DNA of 64,000 bases from positions 341,770-405,769 of the forward strand of contig CAWIMH010000035.1 of the NCBI GenBank assembly GCA_963837035.1, in the 5' to 3' direction. This document shows, one piece after another, positions 1-9,602 of this stretch (positions are counted from its first letter, which is position 1; every line of letters starts with the position of its first letter). The translations under genes were made by a program, and so were the position numbers. Origin of the DNA: an uncultured Pseudomonadota bacterium. GTDB lineage: Bacteria; Desulfobacterota; Binatia; Binatales; Binataceae. A model generated the notes under the pieces. It searched no databases and was not told where the DNA came from. It saw only the letters and a program-made list of their open reading frames with translations.

Positions 1-668
1 CGACTTCACGTACCAGCCATGGCCAAGGCCGTAGGAAATGAGCGGCTGAAACTGCAGTTGGCTTTGAGGAGTCGCCACAGAATTCGTATATGCGAACGAG
101 ATGGGGTTCTGGAACAAAAAACCTACCATCAGGTGGGGGATGCCCCGGTAAGCGACGGCGGCTGCGGGTCCGGCTTGCCAGGCGTGCTTGCCCGCCTCGG
201 GAACTCTTCCAGTCGGGAATACAAACGTAGGCCCAATGCCCCAGCCAAACCCCGTCGTCTTCGGATCGGGCCAGTTGGAGACGAACAGATCGAGCAACTC
301 CATGTCGGTGAACTCGGTTATCGTTGAGCTACTACTCTGCGAAATAGCTAGGGTTTGTACCTTGAATGTTGGACGGATGATTTGCTTGAAGGGCAGGAAC
401 GAAAGTGGCTCCACCGGGAGCACCACCTTCAGGTTGACTTCGTTGGTTTGTGCGGGCGTTTTAAAATTCTCCGGCGTGTACTGATCCTGAAGTTTAAATT
501 GCGTCAGAATCGCGGTCGGATCGTCCACTTCCCGGGCCAACTGGTCTTCTTCGGTTTCGCTGACAACGGGATTGGCCACGAGGCCCTGGCCTCGCGCGCT
601 GTTCGTTAAAATCAGAAGGGCGAACACAGGTAGCGAGACCGCGAAGCATTTCGCGCTCAGCATTCGAA

Positions 669-1946
669 TTAAAATTTCCAGATAACATGCAGGGCCAGGA
701 AGTTAAGGTAATTCGTTGAGAAATGCCCCTGCAGTGTTCCAGCAAGCGGCCCGCGGCGATTACTAAACGGTCCCGGGCCCGCATCGAGGAATTCCCACGC
801 GGCGCCAGCCGTTACATTACGATTGACCTCATACTGGATGCCGGTGCCGTATCTCAGCTGGCGATCAAAAGGAAGGACGGCATTACGGTTCGCTTTGGAA
901 ACTGGCGAACTGTCATACGCAAATCCTGCCGACCACAGCCACTTCTCAGCTAACCGAAATTGCTGCCCAATCGCAATCTGCCAAGTGTTCGAAAAATGCA
1001 GATTTGCATCGACCGTGCGCTGAGTTTGCGCTGAGATTCCAACCGGGAACTCTCCGAACTCCGTCCAGTTTTGCCAGCCGACGTTACCCATCAGGCTGAA
1101 GTTGGGTAGGACCTCGTAGACCGCGCTCGCCATCACCTGCTGGGGTTCCGTTAGAGGGACATTAAATTGTGCCCCGCCGATTCGTTTGCTGATCGCGCCG
1201 AGGCCCGGACCGAGATGGGTGAGATGCGGTTTGAACCCAAACTTGTAATACTCGGGTGACTGGTAGGTGAGCCCAATGCGTAGTTTCGGAATCGGCCTGA
1301 GCAATATGCCGGCCCTGCCACCGAACGCTTCGTCCCACGACTCGAGCGAGTAGCCACCATCCCCCAGGCGCGGAAGAGCGTTATTAACCTTTGATTGAAA
1401 CGTCAAGCGTCCGACCGCAAAGCTGAAACCCGCGCCCACTGATAGCCAGTCGTTTACCTCAAAAGCAATTGAGGGGGCGATCTTGCCAGTGAAAAGTGCT
1501 GCGCGGGTTATGTAATAGCGTCCGACCCATTCTTTGCCGTAGTTTCCGGCAAGACCGTAATCTGAATAGAGCGCCACGCCGAGCCACAGCCGCTCGGAAA
1601 ATTTGTGGGCATAGAAGAACGCCCCTATGGGCATAAACACCCCGGCGTTGCCGCCGCCACTGCCCTTGGTTGTCGTTTGTGGGGCGACGTTGAAGTTAAC
1701 CGAGGGCAGGAGTGCACCTGAGGCCCACATCAGTTGCGAGCGATCGAGCAGTGTCATGCCGGCGGGATTGGCAGCCGCAGTCGATGCATCCGCGGCCATT
1801 GCGGCTCGTCCCGCGCTCGCGGTCCCAAGATCAGGCGCACCCGTTTCGTAAAGCTCGAGGGCGGCGCCTCGCGCGGGCGTAACGAATGCCACGAGGACCA
1901 GTGCTGCGAGACACGTAGCTTGGTGAATTTTAGATGCTAGGCGCAT
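669..1946 (-). CDS. FadL/TodX-family outer-membrane transporter for hydrophobic compounds (long-chain fatty acid transport protein-like)
   Basis: 474-aa ORF. The likely true start is the internal Met (MRLASK...), which is followed by a hydrophobic signal peptide ending ARG-AA. The protein is Gly/aromatic-rich in a beta-barrel-like pattern with a C-terminal aromatic residue, typical of the FadL/TodX family. Family assignment is from recall of sequence character; no search was run. Confidence 0.65.
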   Translation of the reverse strand: MRLASKIHQATCLAALVLVAFVTPARGAALELYETGAPDLGTASAGRAAMAADASTAAANPAGMTLLDRSQLMWASGALLPSVNFNVAPQTTTKGSGGGNAGVFMPIGAFFYAHKFSERLWLGVALYSDYGLAGNYGKEWVGRYYITRAALFTGKIAPSIAFEVNDWLSVGAGFSFAVGRLTFQSKVNNALPRLGDGGYSLESWDEAFGGRAGILLRPIPKLRIGLTYQSPEYYKFGFKPHLTHLGPGLGAISKRIGGAQFNVPLTEPQQVMASAVYEVLPNFSLMGNVGWQNWTEFGEFPVGISAQTQRTVDANLHFSNTWQIAIGQQFRLAEKWLWSAGFAYDSSPVSKANRNAVLPFDRQLRYGTGIQYEVNRNVTAGAAWEFLDAGPGPFSNRRGPLAGTLQGHFSTNYLNFLALHVIWKF

Positions 1947-2171
1947 GGTTGCTCCAATTGCTCTGGAAAACGTTAGCGCCGATCCTGCTCCCGTGTCGCC
2001 GATCAATGGACGCACTGCGAACGCCGCGACCATCGCCGCCAGCAGTGCACTGTATCGGTGCGGCGCAAAATGCCGATGGATCGCCGTGCGCATTTCTTCC
2101 AGAGGGTATCTTCGTTTCAGTGCCCGCTGTTTGACTTCCGATTTAGCCTGGTCCCGGATTGGTCGTCGAGC

Positions 2172-3035
2172 TCAGTCACCGAAAAGATTCCCTTTGATGA
2201 GTTTCGGGATAACCGGCGTGATTGCGAATTGCAGATTCCATTTCTGGCCGAACACGTCAGGATGAACCGGCATGTACTGTCCCTGGACCTGCAGTTTCAC
2301 GGGTAGGGGGCCAATTTTTATCACCTTGCTGACATTCAGACCGACTGGAAAAGTGATCATGTTGGCGCTTTTATTCGCGTACCAGTTGACAAGGATATTC
2401 GGGGAGGTTCCGATTCCCCATCCGTCACCGGGGAGGTAGACGAAGAAGTACTGAATGTTCATCTGGCTTGTGGTCTGCGAGCCAGGCCCACCGACCGAGA
2501 ACCACTGCTGTGGGAATACGCCTCCCAGCCATTTTTCGCCCAAATAGCCAAGCACTCCTCCCGGACCTATTTGCCACTTGTTCTGGCCCAAACGTGAATT
2601 GCTTGCAGTGGGAAAGATGAAACTGGGTCCGGCTCCCAGCAGCCAAGGGCCTGATAGCTTCGGACTTGGTGAGATCAGCGTTGCGAGGATAGTGTCCCCA
2701 AATCCGGTGACGCGATGAAGATTGCCGCTCTTGTTCACGTACGGTGTCGAATTCATCACTTGGAAGACGGGACGAGTGATCAGATTCCAATCGTCGGTCA
2801 ACGCAAGAGGCAGAACGGGCTGAAACTGGAGGTTAACAACATTGCGCTCCGGTTTATCGAGCCAATAGGTATTTTCCTGAAGTTGGAGCGCCCAGATGCT
2901 CGAAATCGGGTTCGAGAGTTCCTTATTGACCTCGTCAAGCGATTTGCCGTCGGCCGTCTGCGCCGCGGCACGGGTGACCATGAGGAGGCCAAACACTCCG
3001 ATCAGGGTAATCATCCGTGCGTATCGGTGATTCAT
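2172..3035 (-). CDS. secreted outer-membrane beta-barrel-like protein of unknown function (possibly MetA-pathway/transporter-like OMP)
   Basis: 287-aa ORF with an N-terminal signal peptide (MNHRYARMITLIGVFGLLMVTRAAAQ). It has alternating hydrophobic, Gly-rich strands and a C-terminal aromatic (F-G-D). It lies on the same strand as, and adjacent to, the FadL-like gene. Confidence 0.4.
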   Translation of the reverse strand: MNHRYARMITLIGVFGLLMVTRAAAQTADGKSLDEVNKELSNPISSIWALQLQENTYWLDKPERNVVNLQFQPVLPLALTDDWNLITRPVFQVMNSTPYVNKSGNLHRVTGFGDTILATLISPSPKLSGPWLLGAGPSFIFPTASNSRLGQNKWQIGPGGVLGYLGEKWLGGVFPQQWFSVGGPGSQTTSQMNIQYFFVYLPGDGWGIGTSPNILVNWYANKSANMITFPVGLNVSKVIKIGPLPVKLQVQGQYMPVHPDVFGQKWNLQFAITPVIPKLIKGNLFGD

Positions 3036-3174
3036 GAAACCCGCTCTGAAAATCGCACGCGGACATCGTCACTCCGCCGACGCAAACCGCTGACCGCCAA
3101 CTGCGTTGCGTTCAACAACCTCAAGCCATTGACTCGATGCCATAGTGCGAACAGGCCAACAGTGGGAAACCCGA

Positions 3175-4200
3175 TCAACCAGGACTTGGCACCACGCGAT
3201 AGTAGATGCCGTTCGCACCATATGCCGGTTGGAACCACGTATTACCGCATAAGTAGTAGGTTATGCCCCCGATGCTGGGTTGTGCACACCCCGTTTTCGG
3301 CACCGTTGGATAGATTGCTCCCATCGCATAAGCAGTGTTGACGGTGCCAGCGGTATAGCCGGAGTTGTAAGCACTCGCAGCGGCTGCATTGTTGTTCGCA
3401 TTGGCCACTGTCGCCCCAACGGCCGCCCCGGCAACCGCACCGACCGCCAGGCCAGCGGCTCCCGCGGTGCTCCATCCCCCGCAATTGGAGCAACTGCTGC
3501 CGTAGTAGTTCACGGTCGTAGGTGGATGATAGGTGCTATAGCTGCCGCCATAGTAGGCGCCGGAGCTGTTGTAAGTAGTTGAGGCGTAATGATTAGTGGT
3601 GTTATAGGTGTTCCCGCCGTACGCGGATGTCGTCGGATAAGAGCCATAATGGCCAGCGGAGGTTGTCGCACCATACCCAGTCTTGCCGTACGCAGACTGG
3701 CCGTATTGGTTGGTCGCACCCCATGTACCGCTTCCACCGGCTGCGGAACCTCCGTTGGCACCGTGAGCGTTCCACGAACCCGCTCCACCCGAGGCAGTGC
3801 CGCCATTTGAAGTATGACCGTTCCAAGAGCCTTCCCCGCCCGACGCAGAGCCACCGCTGGCGCCGTGGGCGTTCCACGATCCACTTCCGCCCGATGCAGT
3901 ACCGCCGTTGCCAGAATGACCGCTCCACGAGCCACTTCCGCCCGAAGCGGAGCCGCCATGTCCGCCGCTTCCGCTCCACGAGCCACCACCACCAGATGCT
4001 GATCCACCGCCGGCTCCATGACCGCTCCACGAACCTCCTCCGCCCGAGGCTGATCCTCCGTAGGTTCCAGAATGGTTCCAGGAACCGCCCCCGCCCGATG
4101 AAGAGCCGCCATAGCGGCTCGCGTGCGACCAAGCAGCCGCCGGCCCATTCGAGAGCGCCAAAATCAGGAGGCCAACAAAACCGATGAAGCTGATTTTCAT
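3175..4200 (-). CDS. secreted Gly/Ser-rich repeat protein with Trp/His-containing 17-aa tandem repeats and a glycine-zipper hydrophobic segment
   Basis: 341 aa. Signal peptide MKISFIGFVGLLILALSNGPAAA. It has about 7 tandem repeats of the form SW[NS][GA]H[GST]xxGG[ST]ASGG[GSAE]G, followed by a Tyr/Thr/Asn-rich low-complexity region. Next comes GLAVGAVAGAAVGATVA (glycine-zipper-like), then a C-terminal tail with 4 Cys. The overlapping antisense ORFs (3510-4148, 3602-4270, 3627-4187) are repeat artifacts. Confidence 0.55.
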   Translation of the reverse strand: MKISFIGFVGLLILALSNGPAAAWSHASRYGGSSSGGGGSWNHSGTYGGSASGGGGSWSGHGAGGGSASGGGGSWSGSGGHGGSASGGSGSWSGHSGNGGTASGGSGSWNAHGASGGSASGGEGSWNGHTSNGGTASGGAGSWNAHGANGGSAAGGSGTWGATNQYGQSAYGKTGYGATTSAGHYGSYPTTSAYGGNTYNTTNHYASTTYNSSGAYYGGSYSTYHPPTTVNYYGSSCSNCGGWSTAGAAGLAVGAVAGAAVGATVANANNNAAAASAYNSGYTAGTVNTAYAMGAIYPTVPKTGCAQPSIGGITYYLCGNTWFQPAYGANGIYYRVVPSPG

Positions 4201-4212
4201 AGCAACGTCTCC

Positions 4213-5076
4213 TTAAGGAGTCGTCGAATGCTTGGCTCTTGGTGGTCGCTTCATACCCTGTTGTAACCACGAATCGGGGCGTGCGAACGCGATTCGCTTT
4301 GCGGCCGCTGCTTGAGTAGAAGAGAAGGCGTCCGCCGGGATCTCAGGATCGATCTTCCAGTCCGAGAGATCCAACTGGTTGCGTAGCCGCGAAGGATCGT
4401 CTCGAAACACGGCGCGGAGCATCCGGGGCAGCTTGTCTTCGGTACCGATCCATATCTGCAGGAACACGTTGTCGTTGACATACGCGACCATATCCGTGGT
4501 CGTTCCGCCGACCACAACAGATTGACCGATGTAAAACGCGACCCTTAGCCCCTCGGTAAGATCCTTGTACGGATCGCTGACGATCACGTCGCTGAATGGA
4601 AAATATATCGCGGCGGAGTGGTCGGCTTCCTCCAAGGTAGCGTCGATTGTGGGCGGCGCGGGCGCGATCGCGGCTAGATTCTCGATCGGGGCAAAGGCAG
4701 TCATGGTCTTGCCGTCATAATAGAACTCGGAGCGAGGACCGTCGCCGACCGTGATAACGCGAAGCTTGTCGGGCCGCATCATGGTGACCTCCGATTTGGT
4801 CGTGTAGGCAAGTGGGGGACCGAGCCGGCTAGGATTCTCGTAAGTGACCACCGCCGTGAACTGCATCGAGTGCGCGGCTGCCAAACGGGCGCATGCAGTC
4901 TTGAGAATATCGAGCGCCTTGGGCTCCAGGCTGGGAGCCGCGTTTTTACTCGACTCTTTGGTATGCTTGGAAGCCTGCGGCGGCGCTGGTTGCGGCTGCT
5001 GGGCATTCGCGGGCGCGGTCAGAAAAATACTCAACGTCAGCACCAGCGCGCTTCCTATCAGCTTGGATCGGAACAT
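4213..5076 (-). CDS. periplasmic protein, DUF2092/LolA-fold-like
   Basis: The likely start is the internal Met (MFRSKLIGSALVLTLSIFLTAPANAQQ), giving a signal peptide. The rest resembles DUF2092-type periplasmic proteins that are often encoded near outer-membrane genes. Confidence 0.45.
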   Translation of the reverse strand: MFRSKLIGSALVLTLSIFLTAPANAQQPQPAPPQASKHTKESSKNAAPSLEPKALDILKTACARLAAAHSMQFTAVVTYENPSRLGPPLAYTTKSEVTMMRPDKLRVITVGDGPRSEFYYDGKTMTAFAPIENLAAIAPAPPTIDATLEEADHSAAIYFPFSDVIVSDPYKDLTEGLRVAFYIGQSVVVGGTTTDMVAYVNDNVFLQIWIGTEDKLPRMLRAVFRDDPSRLRNQLDLSDWKIDPEIPADAFSSTQAAAAKRIAFARPDSWLQQGMKRPPRAKHSTTP

Positions 5077-5123
5077 CACCGCGAACGATGATGAACCAAA
5101 TGGAAGCGCTTCTCCTGCGGTGG

Positions 5124-5414
5124 TCATGGGAGCAGCCCGCATTCAAACATTTTGTTGGCGATCGGCGCTGCCACTCGATCGATGAAGGCCGCCCGCATCT
5201 GCGGATCGTCGCGCAAGAGTTGAATGGCTTCCTGTTCTCTCGGTGAATGCGGCTGGCCCCGCCGCTGCCACAACTGCTCGCACGAGGAATTCTGGTATTT
5301 TTGGACGACCTGGTCGGCGATCCGATCCATCACCGGATGCTGCTGCGCGCTGGCTACGCCCCCGGAGCCAAGCAGTGCGGACACAAAGGCCAATACGTAA
5401 ATACGCTTGTTCAT
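5124..5414 (-). CDS. small secreted protein, unknown function
   Basis: The internal Met start gives MNKRIYVLAFVSALLGSGGVASAQQ, a signal peptide. The mature protein is about 70 aa with 2 Cys. It overlaps the downstream gene by 19 nt on the same strand. Confidence 0.35.
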   Translation of the reverse strand: MNKRIYVLAFVSALLGSGGVASAQQHPVMDRIADQVVQKYQNSSCEQLWQRRGQPHSPREQEAIQLLRDDPQMRAAFIDRVAAPIANKMFECGLLP

Positions 5415-5512
5415 AGATTTATCCTGCTCTCGATTAAAGGTGCTCTGCGGGAGCAGCGAGCGAGCCCACCGGAAGGCACCCACCGTTAATTTCATTTCTC
5501 TTACTGGTCTAT

Positions 5513-7138
5513 TTACTGGCCAGTCCCTTTGCTCGCCGCCTCCGCCTCCGCCATCTTTTTCGCCATCTCAGCTTTCAACGCGTCAAGGTTGAAACTAGCC
5601 CCCCGCTGCATCGGCGGGTAATCGAGGAAGGTCTTGATTTCTTTGGCCATCAACTGCTGGACGAACACAAAGCGCCAGAACTGGTACTTGAACCAATCGA
5701 AGTATTGCTGCGCACCGTCTTTCGTTCCATTGCCGGGCCAGCCCGTGCGCTCGAAGGGATCCAGGCGCAGGTTGGTGATGTAGGGCACGTCCGGATGGGT
5801 CTTATCCCCGAGCCAGCCATTGGGCTGGTCGATGAAACGGTACTTATAGTCGTCAATGCGCACCGCGCCGATTGTGCTTTCGCCGAGGTAGAAGATTTCG
5901 TGGCGCGCGGACGGCCCTTTGCCGGTGATCGCAGCCATCTGGTTATAGCCGTCCAGATGGTTCCTGTAGGTTCGGTCGCCGATCGTCTTACCCTTCAGCA
6001 ATTCCTGGGTGATGTTCGGATTGCCCGCCGCTGCCACGAAGGTCGGAAGCCAGTCGAGGCCGGAAAAGATGCCGTTCTGCACCGAGTCCGGGGGGACGTG
6101 GCCGGGCCAGCGAAGGAGCGTGGGAACGCGGAAACCGCCCTCGAGGACTGTTCCCTTGGATTGCGCAAACGGCGTCTGACCGCCATCGGGCCAGGTGAAA
6201 ACTTCCGTGCCGTTGTCAGTCGTGAAGACCACGATGGTGTTGTCGTCGACCCCCATGTCCTTGAGTTTCTTCATAACGAGGCCGACATCATCATCGATCT
6301 GGGCCATGCCGGCTTCCTCTTCCGACCAGCCATTCTCCGAGTTCCGCATCGCTTCGTATTTTGGGGAGAGATGCGTGACGATGTGCATGCGGGTCGGGTT
6401 GAGCCAGACGAAGAACGGTTTGCCGTCCTTTTGGGCCTTGTCCATAAACTTGATGGCGAGGTCGCGAATCTCGTCGTCCACGGTTTCCATCCGTTTCGGA
6501 TAGAGCGTGCCGGCATCCTCGATCTTCTGCTTGCCGATCCTGCCCCAGCGCGGCATCTCGGTGGGGTCATCCTTGTCAGTGGCCCAGCTATGAACCATGT
6601 TGCGCGGGCCGACGACATTCAACAGGTTCTGCGGATAGTTGGGGTGTGCCGGATCTTCCATCGCATCGAGGTGATACAAATAGCCGAAAAATTCGTCGAA
6701 GCCGTGGACGGTGGGCAGGAACTCATTGCGATCGCCAAGGTGATTCTTGCCGAACTGGCCCGTGGCATAGCCCATGGACTTAAGCACCGTGGCGATGGTC
6801 ACCGCTTCCGCCGGTATGCCGATCTTGGCACCAGCTTGGCCGACTGTGGTCATACCCGTGCGGATCGGGAGCTCGCCAGTGATGAAGTTCGCCCGACCCG
6901 CCGTACAGCTTGCCTCGGCGTAGTAGTCGGTGAACAGCATGCCCTCCTTGGCGATCTTGTCGAGGTTCGGCGTCCTGCCAGCCATCATGCCGCGATGATA
7001 GGCCCCGATATTCCACATGCCGATGTCGTCGCCCATGATCACGACGATGTTGGGTTTCTTCTCTTGCGCCTGCGCCCCGCGTGTGAGCGACAAACCGATG
7101 ATCGCGCAGATCGACAAGGCGACGCCGAAATGTCTCAT
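5513..7138 (-). CDS. arylsulfatase (type I sulfatase) with signal peptide
   Basis: Strong sulfatase hallmarks are present: KPNIVVIMGDDIG, the FGE-target motif S-C-T-A-G-R (the C-x-A-x-R variant of CxPxR) followed by ANFITG, GKNHLGD, and the C-terminal sulfatase domain. Starting at MRHFGVALSICAIIGLSLTRGAQA gives a signal peptide. The antisense 536-aa ORF (5705-7315) is rejected. Confidence 0.85.
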   Translation of the reverse strand: MRHFGVALSICAIIGLSLTRGAQAQEKKPNIVVIMGDDIGMWNIGAYHRGMMAGRTPNLDKIAKEGMLFTDYYAEASCTAGRANFITGELPIRTGMTTVGQAGAKIGIPAEAVTIATVLKSMGYATGQFGKNHLGDRNEFLPTVHGFDEFFGYLYHLDAMEDPAHPNYPQNLLNVVGPRNMVHSWATDKDDPTEMPRWGRIGKQKIEDAGTLYPKRMETVDDEIRDLAIKFMDKAQKDGKPFFVWLNPTRMHIVTHLSPKYEAMRNSENGWSEEEAGMAQIDDDVGLVMKKLKDMGVDDNTIVVFTTDNGTEVFTWPDGGQTPFAQSKGTVLEGGFRVPTLLRWPGHVPPDSVQNGIFSGLDWLPTFVAAAGNPNITQELLKGKTIGDRTYRNHLDGYNQMAAITGKGPSARHEIFYLGESTIGAVRIDDYKYRFIDQPNGWLGDKTHPDVPYITNLRLDPFERTGWPGNGTKDGAQQYFDWFKYQFWRFVFVQQLMAKEIKTFLDYPPMQRGASFNLDALKAEMAKKMAEAEAASKGTGQ

Positions 7139-7190
7139 TTTCCAACTAGGCATTGGAACTCGCCTCCCGGATTCAGTGTGTCCGCCTTTC

Positions 7191-7955
7191 TCAATTGGCG
7201 GCGGCTGCCGCGCTCTGCTGAACGCCAAAGCTCACCAGCTTTTGGTCGAGTCCATTGGCCCAGTAGTCGATGGCGTTTTCAGCATCACCCCACTGAAACA
7301 CGTCGACGTTCTTGATCGACGTGCCGCCAACTCGTTTGTCCGCCCAGGCCGCAAGCAATTGTCCGGAAACCGAATCGTTCAGCTTCCCGGCACCCTGCGC
7401 CGAACCTACGAATGCGTACGTGCCAGTCGCCGCCATCTTTATCGCACTGAGCACGCGGGCTTGTGGTACCACCACCGAAATGCTTCGCAGTACCGGGACG
7501 GCTGAGGTGGCGTCGGTCAAAGCGACGGAGAGTTTCATCACACCCGGACCAGGTTGATCCACGATCGTGAAGTTCTTCCCGAGATCCTTCACAAGGGTGC
7601 TGTACATATAGTTGCAAAGCGCCTGTTGATCAGCGGCGGAGACCTTGGAATCGTCCGCGGCCCAAAAAGTGACCGGAGCGATCATGATCTTGTTGTAGCT
7701 GGACCAGGTCACATTCGGGTTGACGTACCGGAGCATAGCCTTTTGGTCGGACCCTTCCGCAGGCGGCGTCATCAGAGAGTAGTCATTGCCGAGAAACCCG
7801 CTGGGCGCCGGCGGAGCCGGGGTTTCGCCTTGCGCTCGCTGGATAAGGTTCGGCTCGGGAGCCGCGGTTTGTGAACATCCGGCCAATAGGAATCCGGCAA
7901 GTAGAATAGGCACCAGACCGCTGGCAAACTTCATGCTTGCGATTTTGTGATTCAT
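7191..7955 (-). CDS. DUF3313-type lipoprotein
   Basis: Start at MNHKIASMKFASGLVPILLAGFLLAGC, giving a lipobox L-A-G-C. A GGAGG ribosome-binding site lies 5 nt upstream of this ATG. The size and composition fit the DUF3313 lipoprotein family. Confidence 0.5.
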   Translation of the reverse strand: MNHKIASMKFASGLVPILLAGFLLAGCSQTAAPEPNLIQRAQGETPAPPAPSGFLGNDYSLMTPPAEGSDQKAMLRYVNPNVTWSSYNKIMIAPVTFWAADDSKVSAADQQALCNYMYSTLVKDLGKNFTIVDQPGPGVMKLSVALTDATSAVPVLRSISVVVPQARVLSAIKMAATGTYAFVGSAQGAGKLNDSVSGQLLAAWADKRVGGTSIKNVDVFQWGDAENAIDYWANGLDQKLVSFGVQQSAAAAAN

Positions 7956-8047
7956 CTTCTCCTCCAATTGCTTTGTCTCTTTGATATTTAATTCTGAGGG
8001 CTTCTTTCGGACTATTCGGCTTTCGCGAGATCGGAACCTCGGTCAAA

Positions 8048-9445
8048 CTAAAGTTGTGGGCCTTCCTGGAGTGTCCAGCCATTCGCGGACAGCTGCTGGC
8101 GCGCGAGCGGTGTCATTTTGCCGGTGATCCAAAGAACGCGATGGTGCAAGGCCATCAACTCGGGAGCGGTCGCAAAACCTGCTATTCGCTGCGTCCACGA
8201 CACATAGTCGACGGGAGCCGGCATTATCGTCGCGCCATTCTGATCGCGCGCAACCAGCACACCGGGTACCCGAATCCTGGTAATCGGACTCCTCTGCCGG
8301 TTCCATTGGTCGAGCATGCTAAGTGACGTAACCATGAAACGCGCCTGGTACTCCGTCATCATGCTGCCCAGCGCAACCGCCGCAGCACGGCGTCCCGGAA
8401 TGTTGCCGAGAGCGTCGAGATCTCTGACCGCGGAAACCTGCAGACTCAACGGAATCGCGCTATTACTGATGAAAGAGGTGATCTCCTCCTGCGACAGCCC
8501 GATGTTCTTCAGTTTCTTCTGAACGAGAAGGATGAGGTCGGCTTTCGGTGTCTGATAGACGAGATCGTCGCTGAACTCGACGCCCGTGATGATCATCGAC
8601 GCGGGTACCGCCATCATTGCGACATCAACCGTCATACGAGCCGAGAACATCACCCACGCAACTTTGTTCAGCCTCTTGGTGAGAATCGGATCGGAAGTGT
8701 AGGGATCGACGTGTAACTTCCGAGCGAGGTCGCGACGGACCTGATCGTAGCCCAAGGCCGTTAGCGTAGCAGTGCCAGTCTCACCGGCGGCTTTTCCACT
8801 CCCGGGAGAACTCGTAGCCGCCGAGTAGATCTCTCCCGCCCCGAGACTCACCCGGCCAAACAATTCGCCGACTCCGCTGGGCAACCCGGTCACGGTGTCC
8901 ATCGGATGTCTTACCATGTTTGCAGCGTCTGTTACCGGGCGCTCGGCACTCGAGGCCAGCGCTTTGGCGAATACGCCGGTCTCACTAATGTTTTCCAACT
9001 GCGCGATCGCTGGTATCTCGGACAGGCGTATCTTCAGCATATCGAGACTTTCGATGTAGTAGGTGCCGGCGTCGCCGCGAAATACCGATGCGTCGGCTAC
9101 TATGGTGTATTGGCCCATCGCACCGTTGGTCGCCACTTGTTGCCCCACCTGATAGCCGGGACCGGATTGTATGTCCGGCGACAGAAGTTGACTAAGGTCC
9201 ACAATCGGCGGTTCCTCGAATTGACCGGTGGTTGCCCAACCCGAGGGCGGCTGAGCCGGTTGCGGTGCAACACTCTCGCCCTGAGCTGCGCCGGACGGTG
9301 GCGGCGCCGGATTACCGGTCTGTGCTTGCGCCATTTGAGGCGTCGCGGGTGCGGACGATTGGGCGCACCCCGCCAGCAGTAATCCGGCGATCAAAAAAGC
9401 CCGTGTTGCGATCCATCCTTTCAGACACCTCGAACTGAGACCCAT
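8048..9445 (-). CDS. lipoprotein, unknown function (465 aa)
   Basis: MGLSSRCLKGWIATRAFLIAGLLLAGC gives a lipobox. It is followed by a Pro/Ala/Gln-rich linker and then a globular domain. It is the first gene of the minus-strand cluster that ends with the FadL-like gene. Confidence 0.5.
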   Translation of the reverse strand: MGLSSRCLKGWIATRAFLIAGLLLAGCAQSSAPATPQMAQAQTGNPAPPPSGAAQGESVAPQPAQPPSGWATTGQFEEPPIVDLSQLLSPDIQSGPGYQVGQQVATNGAMGQYTIVADASVFRGDAGTYYIESLDMLKIRLSEIPAIAQLENISETGVFAKALASSAERPVTDAANMVRHPMDTVTGLPSGVGELFGRVSLGAGEIYSAATSSPGSGKAAGETGTATLTALGYDQVRRDLARKLHVDPYTSDPILTKRLNKVAWVMFSARMTVDVAMMAVPASMIITGVEFSDDLVYQTPKADLILLVQKKLKNIGLSQEEITSFISNSAIPLSLQVSAVRDLDALGNIPGRRAAAVALGSMMTEYQARFMVTSLSMLDQWNRQRSPITRIRVPGVLVARDQNGATIMPAPVDYVSWTQRIAGFATAPELMALHHRVLWITGKMTPLARQQLSANGWTLQEGPQL

Positions 9446-9602
9446 ATGTTCCTCGAAATTTTGTCGTTCGATGTGCGCGGCCGTGCGAGTGCTGCCGCGT
9501 CAACCACCGAGTTCGCCCGCGGTGCGATTAACTCAAAGCCGCGCCGGCGTCTCCACTTCGTCTTTGCGCGAGTATGATTTATCGTTTTTGACAGTGAGGG
9601 AT

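Noticed and set aside
3510-4270. Three overlapping ORFs (212, 222 and 186 aa) within the Gly-rich repeat gene
   Set aside because: These are alternative frames or the opposite strand of the GGSASGG repeat DNA. Only the signal-peptide-bearing minus-strand frame (3175-4200) is coherent.
5705-7315. 536-aa ORF on the plus strand
   Set aside because: It is antisense to the arylsulfatase gene. Long antisense ORFs are expected at this GC content. The sulfatase signatures on the minus strand are decisive.
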